From Candidatus Omnitrophota bacterium (GTDB lineage: Bacteria > Omnitrophota > Gorgyraeia > JABMRG01), in NCBI GenBank assembly GCA_041650035.1, contig JBAZLY010000004.1:1-62881 (forward strand): DNA of 62,881 nucleotides, in the 5' to 3' direction. Below the pieces are notes generated by a model. It was not told the origin of the DNA. It saw only the letters and a program-made list of their open reading frames with translations, and did no database searches. Below are positions 7,242 to 15,797 of the stretch, piece after piece (within the stretch, counting starts at the first letter, position 1; every line of letters begins with the position of its first letter). The translations under genes were made by a program, and so were the position numbers.

Positions 7242-7267
7242 GGGAGAGGCTTGAAAATACCTCTCCC
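7242..7267 (+). promoter_or_regulatory. GC-rich hairpin between the small secreted gene and the ECF sigma gene
   Basis: Perfect 8-bp stem, GGGAGAGG (7242-7249) with CCTCTCCC (7260-7267), and a 10-nt loop. No U-tract follows. Confidence 0.35.
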
Positions 7268-7284
7268 GGATGGGGGGCGCGCAA

Positions 7285-7821
7285 ATGTCATTTGACCGCA
7301 GACACAGATTGTTCCAGCTATTGTATAGACGCTATATAGATAAGGTGCGTTCGCGTGTCGGGCGTATCCTTTACAATGATATGTATGCCGTTGACGATAT
7401 CGTCCAGGAGGCGTTTATGCGCGCTTATATGAACATGGAGAAGATATATCAAAAGGATGTTTTTTTAAGGTGGTTATTTACGGTATCACGTAATCTTTGC
7501 CTGAATTATAAGAGGGGGAGCAGCAGGATAGCAGATAGCAATGCCTTTTGCCGGGGATACGCTGAAAGCCGTATCGGTATGATAGCTGACAGCAATTGCC
7601 AGGCACCGGATATGATTGCCGAAAAAAATGAGCTGATATGCATGTTCAGAGAATGTATGGAAAAATTAACACCCAAATACAAAATAGCTGTCCAGCTTTG
7701 CGGTATAGAAGGTCTTTCATATAGCGCCGCCGCCGCGCGGTTAAATACGAGTGCCAATGTTATTGCCCATGATCTTATGAGGGCAAAGAGATTATTATCC
7801 TCTAAGATAGCCATTAAGTGA
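7285..7821 (+). CDS. RNA polymerase sigma factor, ECF (sigma-70 group 4) family
   Basis: Region 2 (DIVQEAFMRAY, WLFTVSRNLCLNYKR) and a region 4 HTH (GLSYSAAAARLNTSANVIAHDLMRAK). The ATG at 7285 is preferred over 7270. Confidence 0.85.
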   Translation: MSFDRRHRLFQLLYRRYIDKVRSRVGRILYNDMYAVDDIVQEAFMRAYMNMEKIYQKDVFLRWLFTVSRNLCLNYKRGSSRIADSNAFCRGYAESRIGMIADSNCQAPDMIAEKNELICMFRECMEKLTPKYKIAVQLCGIEGLSYSAAAARLNTSANVIAHDLMRAKRLLSSKIAIK

Positions 7822-8036
7822 TTTCTACGCATTGCCTCATTATAATAACGCTAAACCTTTCTTGCATTAATCTGCGCGGATTTTATTTTTGAGTGGGAAA
7901 AACAAGACAGTTTTTTCGATCATTGTTATAATGAGTTTCTGCTATTGATAGATTACCGCGCTTATCTGCATGATCTGCACAAGACACCATTACGAGGTGT
8001 TTTCGCTTGACAATTCTTTTAAAAAGTGCTAATTTA

Positions 8037-8725
8037 ATGATGATGCGGTTTAGGTATTTAACCTTGCTTACCTTAATCATCATTCTTGACCCGTCAATCT
8101 GTCTTAGCGCCCCCTGCTATGGGACAAAGATGCCTGCAAGAGGTGAGTTCTTTTCAGGTATAGAGGTTTTTCATATCGAGAGGGATCTCGAAAAAGATCA
8201 GGGTAAGGTCAAAAGCGCCCAACATTTTTTGCTCATCTCATATGGATTATGTGATTGGTTTAGTATCGATCTAAAGGCAGGTGCCGGAGACATAAACAGG
8301 TATAGTGCCCCTTGCAATAATATTGATTACAAGGCGAGATTTGACGGGGGATATGGGTTTAGGGTACTTTTTTTGACAGCAACGATATCAGGCTTGCCGC
8401 GGGGTTTCAGCATATCAGCGTTCACCCTATTACGGTGAGACTTGATAATCAGAAGTATGAGGCCGTTCTTGACGATTGGCAGGCATCGCTGTTGTTGTCA
8501 TACAATTGCTTCTTTATAACCCCATACGCCGGCGCGCGCCTTTCAAGGACAGATTATATAAACTGGATTGATAGCGATCGCAAACGCCATATGTCAGATG
8601 GCGAAAAAGCCATTGGCCTTATATACGGTGTTGACATTATGATCACGGATGAGATGTGGCTTAACGCGAAGGCCGGTTTTTTCGACGCGCAGACTATTGC
8701 GGTAAGCCTTATGACTAAATTTTAG
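8037..8725 (+). pseudogene. outer-membrane beta-barrel protein gene interrupted by a frameshift in a T7 tract
   Basis: ORFs 8007-8438 and 8435-8725 join into one barrel-like protein if one T is removed from T7 at 8368-8374 (…GYGFRVLFFDSNDIRLAAGFQHISVHPITVRLDNQ…). It has a signal peptide and a C-terminal Phe. Confidence 0.55.
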
Positions 8726-8754
8726 TAATCGTTCAAATATAGGGAGGATGGCAT

Positions 8755-9549
8755 ATGAGAAAGCCCTTTATTGCGCTTATTGTCATAGTGGTTTTGGCAA
8801 TCGGTTCGTTGTTAGGCAAGGATATCGTGGCCAAGGTTGCGGTCGAGAGGGTATTCGCGCTGGTTACAGGCCTTCAGCTTAGGATGAGCAGTCTTAATGT
8901 TGGTGTGGCGAAATCGGCGGTCGCTATCAACGGATTAACATTGTATAACCCCAGGATTTTTGAAGAGAGAATAATGCTGGATATGCCGGATATGTACGTG
9001 CATTATAATCTCCCGGCCATATTCAAGGGGAAGGTCTATATGTATGATATGAAACTGGACCTTAAGGAATTTATTATTGTAAAAAATAAGAATGGCAAGC
9101 TTAATCTTGATTCACTTAAGTCTGTGAAGGCGCAAAGGGCAGGCGGTAAAGCGCAGGACGCAGACAGGGCCCGGCCTATAGATATGAGGATAGACAATCT
9201 TGAGCTAAGGATTGGTAAGGTGATATATAAGGACTATTCAGCCGGGGCCAAGCCGTATATTAGGGAATTCAACATTAACGTTAACGAGAAGTACACGGAT
9301 ATTAAAGACCCCTACGCGCTTGTAAGCCTTATTGTCGCAAAGGCTCTTATGAATACTACCATAGCGAGTCTTGCGAACTTTGATCTTAACGGACTTTCGG
9401 GTAGATTATCGGGCGTGGCGTCAAAGGCGGGTAGGCTTGCCACGGAGACAGCCGGTAAGGCGACGAAGATTGCCGGTCAGACAGGCAAGGCCGTTTCCGA
9501 TGTCGCGGGGAAATTTATTAATATGCCTTTTGGAGACTTCAAGGAATAG
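8755..9549 (+). CDS. membrane-anchored hypothetical protein (weakly AsmA/DUF748-like)
   Basis: Good RBS (GGGAGGA), an N-terminal TM anchor and a periplasmic body with a K/A/G-rich tail. The family call is tentative. Confidence 0.45.
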   Translation: MRKPFIALIVIVVLAIGSLLGKDIVAKVAVERVFALVTGLQLRMSSLNVGVAKSAVAINGLTLYNPRIFEERIMLDMPDMYVHYNLPAIFKGKVYMYDMKLDLKEFIIVKNKNGKLNLDSLKSVKAQRAGGKAQDADRARPIDMRIDNLELRIGKVIYKDYSAGAKPYIREFNINVNEKYTDIKDPYALVSLIVAKALMNTTIASLANFDLNGLSGRLSGVASKAGRLATETAGKATKIAGQTGKAVSDVAGKFINMPFGDFKE

Positions 9550-9647
9550 CCGCAGTTTTTTTAAAGGATCCGGCATGCCTGTCCGCTTTTTTTATCAATG
9601 TTCTTTTGTATATGATTCTATTTTTATAACTTAAAGGAGGAAAAGGC

Positions 9648-12170
9648 ATGAAAAGGCATATAAGTCTGTTGTTTATGTCAATATGTTTGGTTTGTTTCTG
9701 CGTTGTCCAGGCCTATGCCAAGGACATACCATGGCATCATTCAAAGGCCAAGTATTTTTATGTATTCGGTCCCGATGGCGACCCGTTACTAGGCGCAGAT
9801 GATAACGAATTAACGTTGTATATTGATGTCCCTTCCGACGAAAAGTCGGATGTTGTTATAGAGGTATTTGACCCAGATACAGGTAGTCATCACGACTTCA
9901 GGACAGACCCTTCTAATGAATGGGACACCGTGACGGAATTCTCTGTTTTTGGAAATGACCTTATCGATAAAAAGGAGTTTGGCAGCCGCGGCTATGACAA
10001 GGCATACTATAAGTTTGGTCCATACAGCGCGGACAAAGGCAGGGCGGTATCAAACGCGTATCGTTTTAAAGTCGTGGCCAAGGCTATTAAAGGTAATGAC
10101 GCCAATCTTTTCAGGTTTAGGGTATCGCCTGACAGCGCCAGGTCATATAGCGACAATATTACAATCAGGCTTTTGCCAGATCAGGGAGATAGGATGTATT
10201 TTTATCCCGAAATATCTTCCGGCACTAAATATATTATAATTGAAAACTATGATTTGGACGCTAATGGCGGCACAAGCGAGATCTTTGCCGGTCACGATAT
10301 GCTGTTCGGGGAATCAAGGACAAGGCACGCTGTCGGGGATTCGGCAAGCGGCGAATGGAGAAAGACCCAGATATCGGTCAATGCTATAACCGGCGGCAGG
10401 CTCAAATACATTATAACCAAAGGCACGCAAAAATACGCACATGCCGGTTTAAAGGTGTATGATGACAAGGGGGGGCTATTGCCTCTGTATTTTGAGCAGG
10501 ATAAGGCCCCTGTACCTATATTAGAGGGCAAGCAGGCTATTGCCCCTGCGGCTGCTCCTGTTAAGGCGGTTATCAACCAGGCAAAGGATTTGGGATGCAA
10601 TAAGTTTACCTTTGATGCCACTGATTCATACGATATTACTAATAGAGGTCTGTCTTTTGAATGGGATTTTGGTGACGGCAATACAAGCAAGGAGCAGGTT
10701 GTTACGCATGTGTATGAAAAAGGCGGAATCTATACGGTGCGCCTTACGGCGAAGGATGATTCGGGTTTAGGCTGTGATACGGCAACAACGACACAGACAG
10801 TCCGGGTCAATACGCCGCCAAAAGCGGATTTTGTCTCGCCCGAGACCGTCTGCTTCTCCGATGACATATATTTTGACGCTGGCAATACCATTGATGATAC
10901 CTCAAGCAATTTATCCTATAGCTGGGATTTTGGAGACGGTTCAAAGGCTGAAGGTGTTAAGGTGCGCAAAAGATACGATAAGGGCGGTATATATAAGGTC
11001 AACCTCCTGGTTGATGATAATGAGGACTCTTCCTGCAGTACCGATAGCATTACTCGTTCTATACGGATAAATACGCCGCCTGTGGCTGTTGCGGGATCCG
11101 ATATAGATATATGCCTTGAAGACCTTAAGGCTGAATACAGGGTGGCCCTTGACGGCTCGGCTTCGTATGACCTGGATAAAGACAAGCTTTCATATCTATG
11201 GGACCTCGGTGACGGTACACAAAAAACAGGGGCTAAAGTTGCCCATGTGTATCAAAAACCCGGACGTTATGATGTCACGCTTACTGTTGACGACGGCAGC
11301 TCTTCCGCCTGCGGCACGGCCAAAGACGTATTAACGGTTATGTTGAACAAGGCGCCTATCGCGTCAATAAAGACACAGGATTCAAAGATATGCGTAGGAG
11401 ACGAGGTTATATTTGACGGATCGGGTTCTGTTACGGAAGACGGTGAAGGCCTGAAATACGCATGGGATTTTGGCGATGGCTCAAAGGCTGAAGGCGTTAA
11501 GGTCACTCACGTTTATAAAAAAGGCGGAAAATATTTTTCGCGTCTTACTGTTGATGACGCAAGGGGCACGCGGTGTTCGCAGGCGCTGGCAACAGCTGTT
11601 GCCGATGTGAATGCAGCGCCTATTGCCAGAATCAGCGCGCCATCGGTTGTCTGTATTGGCAAAACGGTTACCTTTGACGCGTCCGCGTCAGGCGACCCCG
11701 ATGGAGATGCCATACGCTATTATTGGAGTTTTGACAATGAGGCGCCAAAACAGGCAAGCTCAAGGGCGGTCTATACATTTGCATCAGGCGGTGTTCATAC
11801 GGTACGCCTAATAGTTGATGACGGTAGAGGTTATGAGTGTTCCAAGGCATCCGCCGCAGTCAATATACGGGTAAATACCCCGCCTGTGGCTGATCCCGGT
11901 ATCAATCTTGCCTGCTGTGTCGACGAAAAGACCTATTTTGACGGGTCGTCTTCGACCGATGCCGACGGCGACAGATTGTCATATAGCTGGGATTTTGGCG
12001 ACGGAGAAAAGGCCGATGGCGCTAATCTATATCATGTATATAAAAAACCGGGAAGATATAATGTAGTTCTTACGGTTGATGATAATTCAGGCACCGAGTG
12101 CAGCAAGAGCGTTTCATCGTTTACGGCGAGCGTGAACGCCCCACCGGTTCCTATTATAAAAATCAGGTAA
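9648..12170 (+). CDS. large secreted protein: novel ~300-aa N-terminal region plus six tandem PKD domains
   Basis: Strong RBS and a signal peptide (VQAYAKD). The W-D-F-G-D-G motif or a variant recurs every 87-92 aa (nt ~10661, 10921, 11198, 11461, 11722, 11987). Confidence 0.85.
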   Translation: MKRHISLLFMSICLVCFCVVQAYAKDIPWHHSKAKYFYVFGPDGDPLLGADDNELTLYIDVPSDEKSDVVIEVFDPDTGSHHDFRTDPSNEWDTVTEFSVFGNDLIDKKEFGSRGYDKAYYKFGPYSADKGRAVSNAYRFKVVAKAIKGNDANLFRFRVSPDSARSYSDNITIRLLPDQGDRMYFYPEISSGTKYIIIENYDLDANGGTSEIFAGHDMLFGESRTRHAVGDSASGEWRKTQISVNAITGGRLKYIITKGTQKYAHAGLKVYDDKGGLLPLYFEQDKAPVPILEGKQAIAPAAAPVKAVINQAKDLGCNKFTFDATDSYDITNRGLSFEWDFGDGNTSKEQVVTHVYEKGGIYTVRLTAKDDSGLGCDTATTTQTVRVNTPPKADFVSPETVCFSDDIYFDAGNTIDDTSSNLSYSWDFGDGSKAEGVKVRKRYDKGGIYKVNLLVDDNEDSSCSTDSITRSIRINTPPVAVAGSDIDICLEDLKAEYRVALDGSASYDLDKDKLSYLWDLGDGTQKTGAKVAHVYQKPGRYDVTLTVDDGSSSACGTAKDVLTVMLNKAPIASIKTQDSKICVGDEVIFDGSGSVTEDGEGLKYAWDFGDGSKAEGVKVTHVYKKGGKYFSRLTVDDARGTRCSQALATAVADVNAAPIARISAPSVVCIGKTVTFDASASGDPDGDAIRYYWSFDNEAPKQASSRAVYTFASGGVHTVRLIVDDGRGYECSKASAAVNIRVNTPPVADPGINLACCVDEKTYFDGSSSTDADGDRLSYSWDFGDGEKADGANLYHVYKKPGRYNVVLTVDDNSGTECSKSVSSFTASVNAPPVPIIKIR
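10590..12150 (+). repeat. intragenic tandem repeats encoding PKD domains
   Basis: Near-identical DNA blocks, for example 10921-10967 versus 11461-11507 (GGGATTTTGG.GA.GG.TCAAAGGCTGAAGG.GTTAAGGT). Period is about 265 nt. Confidence 0.7.
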
Positions 12171-12173
12171 CCG

Positions 12174-12959
12174 ATGAAGGTTGTTTTGCGTATCGCGCTT
12201 ATTTGCACCAGCTTAACGATATCCCGTATGTGCGATGGTTCTGAACTTAAGCCTGTCTCCAGGGAATGGGATTTCGGCAAGGTCCAGCAAGGTTCATCGA
12301 AACAAATGGTGTTTTTCGTACGGAACACGGGTCTTGATGAACTTGTAATTAATAATGTGCATTCATGCTGTGGATATAGCGTTGACAATGTATCTAAATG
12401 GACGCTGGCGCCGGGAGAAAAGGCGGAGATAGCGCTTACGTGTGACGCCTCTAAAAAGACGCTGGGAAGGGATAAAAGATATATAACCCTTCTTTCAAAC
12501 AGCAAGGTAAATCCTCACGAGCTTATCCCCATTAAGGCTGATATATCTGCGGCTCCTGAAGGGTTTTTGCCAAAGAAGAGGCCTGCGGCGCGGGATAAGC
12601 CTTCCGTTCAAAACGAAGAGAGCACTTCCTCAATAAGCGCGCATGATCTATATGCGCGCATATCCGCGGGCAGGGACATCATGATCCTGGATATAAGGCA
12701 GAGTGAAGAGTGTTCAGAAAAGTATATTTCAAATTCAATAAGGCTACCCGCCGCAAGCATATTAAACGATGAAGCGTATCTGCGGGATATGTTAAGGAAT
12801 ATTGAAAAAACGACTTTGATTGCCGTTCTTGATTGGGATGGGTCCGGTTCGACGCCAATAACCTCTAAGCTGAAAGGCCTTGGTTATAACGCGCTTAATG
12901 TGGAAGGCGGGATATCTTCGTGGGAGAGAAACGGTTATCCGATTACTTATAATAATTGA
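12174..12959 (+). CDS. DUF1573 domain / rhodanese-homology domain fusion protein
   Basis: N-terminus: WDFGKVQQGSSKQMVFFVRNTG...INNVHSCCGY (DUF1573-like). C-terminus: rhodanese-like (ILDIRQSEE..., GGISSWERNGYPI) with Asp where the catalytic Cys is expected (IAVLDWDGSGS). Confidence 0.7.
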   Translation: MKVVLRIALICTSLTISRMCDGSELKPVSREWDFGKVQQGSSKQMVFFVRNTGLDELVINNVHSCCGYSVDNVSKWTLAPGEKAEIALTCDASKKTLGRDKRYITLLSNSKVNPHELIPIKADISAAPEGFLPKKRPAARDKPSVQNEESTSSISAHDLYARISAGRDIMILDIRQSEECSEKYISNSIRLPAASILNDEAYLRDMLRNIEKTTLIAVLDWDGSGSTPITSKLKGLGYNALNVEGGISSWERNGYPITYNN

Positions 12960-13044
12960 TAATATCCCCCGGTCTTATTTTTATTGGCCTAAGGCATAAA
13001 CGCGCTGTTATAAGATCCTTGATGCCGGTTGTGCCTTGGTCTGG

Positions 13045-13599
13045 TTAGCGCAGTAGAAGTGATTTGGCGGTCTTATCAGCGGTTAACTGGCCGCAGAGGG
13101 CGTTCACGAGCGTCAAGGCGAATTTTAATGCTGCGGCAGGGCCTTTGCCGGTAATAGTGTTTTTATCGATTACCACGTCATTATCCACATATTTTGTTGT
13201 CTTGGAAAACGCGCTTTCCATGCCGGGATAACATGTGGCGGATTTGTTATCCAATATTCCTAATGGGGCAAGAACAACTGCGGGTGATGAGCATATTGCC
13301 GCGATAAGGCCACTGTCGGTTTTTGCCTGTGTTAGCAGCATGCCCCTTATTCTTTTATCCGCGAAAAGGTTTGCGGCGCCGGGCATACCGCCAGGCAGAG
13401 CGCAGGCATCGTATATACCGGTCACATTTTTAAGAATGATGTCTGCGAAAACATTAATACCTCTCGAGCCCTTTACCCTTAAGGAATCGATGCCGCAGGC
13501 ATCAACGCCAACACCCGACCTTCTTAGCACGTCAATTATGGTTATGGCCTCAATCTCCTCAAAGCCTTCGGCAAGCAGGACTATGGCCTTTTTTTGCAT
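13045..13599 (-). CDS. DJ-1/PfpI (ThiJ/YajL-like) family protein
   Basis: FEEIEAITIIDVLRR, LPGGMPGA, and the nucleophile-elbow Cys in AAICSSP. Good RBS. Confidence 0.85.
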   Translation of the reverse strand: MQKKAIVLLAEGFEEIEAITIIDVLRRSGVGVDACGIDSLRVKGSRGINVFADIILKNVTGIYDACALPGGMPGAANLFADKRIRGMLLTQAKTDSGLIAAICSSPAVVLAPLGILDNKSATCYPGMESAFSKTTKYVDNDVVIDKNTITGKGPAAALKFALTLVNALCGQLTADKTAKSLLLR

Positions 13600-13712
13600 A
13601 TAAACCTCCTGTATAGCGATATTCTATGCCTACTTATGGCGTATTTCAAGTCAATACGAGCCGGTATATAATATTATTCCAAACTATGGATTAAATAGCA
13701 GTGTCTCTGGAT

Positions 13713-13740
13713 TTGACTTTGTTGCAGTATGAGTTACAAT
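13713..13740 (+). promoter_or_regulatory. candidate sigma70 promoter (TTGACT-16 nt-TACAAT)
   Basis: Hexamers at 13713-13718 and 13735-13740 in the divergent intergenic region upstream of the PPIase gene. Confidence 0.35.
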
Positions 13741-13835
13741 TCACCGTTGCCGCATAATATCAGATTTTGCTTGTGAATATCACATGTATATGATAAAATC
13801 ATTGCATAATAATATTAACAAGGAGAGGTGACGTA

Positions 13836-14720
13836 ATGAAGAGGATACCCGTGTTTGTCGCAGTAGTCATGATATTGGCGGCCTTAGGATGTTCCAGAAA
13901 AGCCAAGGACTCAATCATTGCCAGCGTGAATGGCAGACAGATAACGTTGAAGATGGTTGATGAAAAGATTGAAAAATTACCCCAGTATTACCAGTCATTC
14001 GCGGCCCAGCACAAGAAAGAGATTGTTGATGAGATGATTGTCGAAGAGCTGTTGTATGATGAGGCGAAAAGGAGGAAGTTCCCCCAGGACCCTGATACGA
14101 GAGAGCTGATTAACGATGCTATCAAAAAGATATTGATATCAAGGGTTATTGAGGATGAAACCAGGAAAACCGACCCCGTTTCCGATGATGACGCCGGCGC
14201 GTATTATGAACAGAATAAAGAAAAATATATGATACCGGAGATGGTGCGTGCCTCTCATATATTGACAAGTACTGAAGAGGATGCCGAGGCCGTAAAAACG
14301 GAACTTGAAAATGGGGCCGATTTCAGTGTTGTTGCCAAAACTTATTCAAAGGACCTGACCAAGGACAGGGGAGGCGATCTCGGTTATTTCAAAAAAGGGC
14401 AGATGATACCCGAGTTCGAAAACGCGGCCTTCAGCCTGAATGTGGGCGAGACTAGCGGGATCGTTAAAACCAGATTCGGTTATCATATTATACGCCTTAC
14501 TGACCGCAAACCTGCCGCCTTCCGTAGCTTTGAGGAGGTAAAAGACGATGTTACGACGTCTATTATCCGTGATAAGCAAAGGCAAAGTTTCGCGGCTTTT
14601 ACAAAGACACTGAAGGACAAGGCCAGGATATCGCTTAACCAGGATATGCTGAAATCCATTGAAAGCCAGGCCCCGCTGGATACGACCGGCGATCTGCCGG
14701 AGGCCGCTGCGGGACAATAA
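13836..14720 (+). CDS. peptidyl-prolyl cis-trans isomerase, parvulin (PpiC/PrsA-like) lipoprotein
   Basis: Lipobox-like LAALGC. Parvulin core: ASHIL...DLGYFKKGQMIPEFE...GYHIIRL. Confidence 0.85.
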   Translation: MKRIPVFVAVVMILAALGCSRKAKDSIIASVNGRQITLKMVDEKIEKLPQYYQSFAAQHKKEIVDEMIVEELLYDEAKRRKFPQDPDTRELINDAIKKILISRVIEDETRKTDPVSDDDAGAYYEQNKEKYMIPEMVRASHILTSTEEDAEAVKTELENGADFSVVAKTYSKDLTKDRGGDLGYFKKGQMIPEFENAAFSLNVGETSGIVKTRFGYHIIRLTDRKPAAFRSFEEVKDDVTTSIIRDKQRQSFAAFTKTLKDKARISLNQDMLKSIESQAPLDTTGDLPEAAAGQ

Positions 14721-14831
14721 GTTCCTTACGGTGTATGCGATAGTATACGTTACTGCGGGTATGTATTGTTTTAAAAAATGCCGGGTTTGCATAGTACCTT
14801 TTTGGCTCGTTGGTTTATTGGCCTATTTCCC

Positions 14832-15797
14832 ATGCAGAATAAAATAATATTTAGAATTATATGCCTTGTATGTTTTTTTTCCCCGGCCTGTTATAGCTGT
14901 GCCTTAGCCGCCTCTTTAATTGATAAGATTGCCGCTGTTGTGAATGAGGATGTTATTACGGAGAGCGAGCTTCAGGAGTCGATGCTGCCTTTTATCGCGG
15001 ATTATAGACTTCGTTACGGCGAAGAGGGTTTAAAAGAGAAAATAGATGAGGCGCGCCAGGACGCGCTTAACAGGCTTATTGAAGAAAAGCTTATACTCCA
15101 GGAGGCTGTCAAGAGAGGCGTAGCGGTTGATGATCATGAGATACAGCAAAGGATTGATGATGTAAAGAAGAGATTTAACGGTGATGAAGAGTTCTACCGG
15201 GCTATCAATTCATCCGGCATAACTCTTGCGCGCCTTAAGAAGAAATACGAAGAACAGATAATGATGCGTAAGCTTGTAAACGATATTATCGCAAGCCGTG
15301 TCAACATTACCCCGTCCCAGGTTACAGCCTATTATTATGGAAATATAAAGGAATTCAGCCGCCCAGATTCTGTCCGTTTTAAGGTCATTCTTATTAAACC
15401 TGGTGAAGAACTGTCGCTGCTTCAGGCCCGTAAGCTCGCGGAAGATATACGGGCCAAGATCAATAAAGGCGATGAGTTTGACATGCTTGCCGGACGGTTT
15501 TCTAAGGGCCCCAATGCCGAAAAGGGCGGGGACATGGGTTATATGGCTGCCGGGAGCACTATCCCCGAGATAGAATCAGCCATATCCGGACTTGATTCCG
15601 GCAGGATCTCCGGCGTGATTGAAGCGGCATCAGGTTTTTATATTATCCAGGTGATAGATAAGAAGAAGGCCTCCACATCCGAGATAGCAGAGGTAACGGA
15701 TATTATCAAAGAGAGGCTTTTCCAGAGAGAATCAGAGCTGACATTAAGGGAATTTGTGAGCAAGCTGAAAGAGGATGCGTATATCAAGATCAATTAA
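14832..15797 (+). CDS. surA: SurA-like periplasmic chaperone / parvulin PPIase
   Basis: Signal peptide, SurA-type N-terminal chaperone region (IAAVVNEDVITESEL) and one parvulin domain (GDMGYM...GFYIIQV). Sits in the surA-pdxA-rsmA gene order. Confidence 0.7.
   Translation: MQNKIIFRIICLVCFFSPACYSCALAASLIDKIAAVVNEDVITESELQESMLPFIADYRLRYGEEGLKEKIDEARQDALNRLIEEKLILQEAVKRGVAVDDHEIQQRIDDVKKRFNGDEEFYRAINSSGITLARLKKKYEEQIMMRKLVNDIIASRVNITPSQVTAYYYGNIKEFSRPDSVRFKVILIKPGEELSLLQARKLAEDIRAKINKGDEFDMLAGRFSKGPNAEKGGDMGYMAAGSTIPEIESAISGLDSGRISGVIEAASGFYIIQVIDKKKASTSEIAEVTDIIKERLFQRESELTLREFVSKLKEDAYIKIN

Noticed and set aside
8007-8035. TTGACA-17-TAATTT promoter-like hexamers just before the OMP gene
   Set aside because: The -10 element would end 1-2 nt before the ATG triplet (8037-8045), leaving no 5' UTR or RBS. 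It is only compatible with a leaderless mRNA, so it is left unannotated.
9371-9634. 87-aa Arg-rich ORF overlapping the 3' end of the 8755-9549 gene; similar overlapping + strand ORFs lie inside the PKD gene (for example 9949-10239 and 10774-11070)
   Set aside because: These are alternative-frame ORFs inside well-supported genes, with skewed R/P/Q-rich composition typical of off-frame translation.
10590-12150. Regularly spaced DNA repeats that could superficially suggest a CRISPR-like or mobile repeat array
   Set aside because: The period is about 265 nt and the repeats are in frame within one long ORF. They encode the PKD-domain WDFGDG cores, so they are protein-domain duplications and not a CRISPR array.
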